Below are positions 62,389-64,000 of a stretch of 64,000 nt of DNA, in pieces. Each line of letters starts with the position of its first letter. Positions within the stretch are counted from its first letter, which is position 1. Origin of the DNA: Vicugna vicugna (Eukaryota). The DNA lies in the NCBI GenBank assembly GCA_013265495.1, contig MU058452.1:124001-188000 (forward strand). Reading direction: 5' to 3'. A program made the translations under genes and the position numbers. A model generated the notes under the pieces. It was not told the DNA's origin, did not search any database, and saw only the letters and a list, made by a program, of their open reading frames with translations.

Positions 62389-64000
62389 GATATTTTAAAA
62401 AAAGAGGAAGGAAAGAGTAGGTCTGAAAATGTCTGCTGGATGGGCTCCTCCGAAGAGAGTCTTCGCCGTCCTCACCAGCCACCAATCTGTCTGAAGTTGC
62501 ACGTTTTCTTAGAATCCTTCCTGAGGGTCTGTGACACCGCCTAGGCCAACAGCTCATATGGGGACTCTGGGCTGGGGGTCAACATGCTTATCAGTGTCTG
62601 AGGACAGTTATGGAAAGATCCTTTCATGGCATGCAAGAACATTCTCGAATAGAAAGTCACACACTGATATTTTGAAATGGCTGGGAAGGTAATCCGATCC
62701 ACTCTCTTTCTGGGATGCTTTTGCACGTCAGCAAAGTGAAAAAGAAAGAAAAGAGGTTTGTCATATTGTGTTTACAAGTTTCGAGGGGCCAACATTTTCT
62801 CCAGCTTCCTCGCTCCTTCTGTATCTCGCTTTCTTGAATTGTGTCTCCCGGTCTCTTAACGTCTCTGGATTGTGGTCCCTTCTCTGCATCTCTCCTCCGT
62901 GTCCCTCTCCCAAGTAGCCCCTTCCTCCACTGTCACCAGGGGACCGGGGCTCTGAGGATGGGGAGGCGGGCGGGCTCAGGTCCTCCGGGAAGCGACAGCA
63001 ATTCTCATCCAGACGACTGGCTTGCATTTTCGGATCTCATAACTACAGGACACACAGCTTCTTTCAAAGGTTTCCGTGGAGCTTTTCGTGTAAGATGTAG
63101 TTATTAACTCTCCTCCAATGTTTAAAAACTGAGCCAGTGGGAGTGAAACGTGTCCTATCGGCCCGCGCTGAAGAGCTGATGAAATCTCGGCCTGATCTGT
63201 TATCTCCCAATGCTTTAAAGGTCTTGGCTGGGAGATTAGAACAAGGTTACAGTGACAATTTGTTTACACGCAGGGAGAGATTAAGATCTCGTTGAAAAGG
63301 AATAAAAATAACATCATCTTGAGCTGTCACAGCATGAGCCCCATTGTAATCAACACTGGTCTGATTTCAGGGATAATTTAAGACCAATTTATTATCTTAA
63401 TTAAAAAAAAAAAAGAAGAAGGGAGAATTCAATGTTTCAGAATCCAGTTAGATTGCTGGACTGAGGATGCCCCTGGAGGTTCCACATACAAAATAGGACC
63501 CTCACAAGATCCCAAACGGGAATCTCCTGGTGGATAAAAATGTAAAACTTTCTTTGGTTTGTATGTTTAAGTATGAGCCTCCATAACAGATTAAAAGACA
63601 AAACAGTGACTGGTTGCATATTAATCTTTTTAAAAGATACAGGGATAAAAGGTTAAAGAAAGTCATTTTCACCCACCTTTTCTTTTAAAGTCTTTTGTAT
63701 TGAAGGTGAATGTCTCCTAAAGTTTTCTTTTTTTTTTTTTCACCTTTCTGTCTTAATGAAACTTACTAGGCAACCTTGCTATCAGCAGACCGAATTTTCT
63801 AATTCTGTTCGGAACTAATGCTTTTTGAGGCGGAGAAGCTAGGAGCAACCCGGTCCCCAAGGGGAGGAAGGGTGGGAAACCGGGAACAGTGTGATTTGTA
63901 ATCATACCACCCACTGGCCGGCCCCTTTCAAAGCTCTCCTGCCCAGTGTAAACCTCACTTGGGATTTCTCTACAAAAGCAACCACGATGAGCGCCCAATG

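Noticed and set aside
1..64000. Assigning a host gene or locus name, or a novel multi-gene system
   Set aside because: No exon or diagnostic sequence that I can recognise. The CNE-rich appearance suggests a developmental-gene neighbourhood, but that needs alignment to a reference genome.

Overview
Mammalian nuclear DNA, most likely camelid (camel/alpaca/llama): it has two Vic-1-like tRNA-derived SINEs and several truncated young L1 3' ends, and I saw no Alu, BovB/Bov-tA, PRE1 or SINEC. I found no supportable protein-coding gene, RNA gene, CpG-island promoter or CRISPR-like array. The listed ORFs are short (<=177 aa) and look like chance ORFs or repeat remnants; 34800-35297 is a decayed L1 ORF2 C-terminus. 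The window reads as a large intron or gene desert. It carries ancient repeats (MIR, L2, MER20, MER58A, Charlie, MLT1, L1M), a MER41-like solo LTR, microsatellites, and several repeat-free blocks rich in TAAT and CpG that look like conserved non-coding enhancers. I cannot name the locus. The most unusual structures seen directly are a nested four-arm palindrome (44441-44569), a perfect 18-bp inverted repeat with micro-duplications (38310-38385), two short dispersed duplications each about 1 kb from its partner, and an L1 with a probable short 3' transduction. I do not see evidence for a new multi-gene system. Repeat family names are from memory of consensus sequences, and old-repeat boundaries are approximate; both need RepeatMasker/Dfam confirmation.
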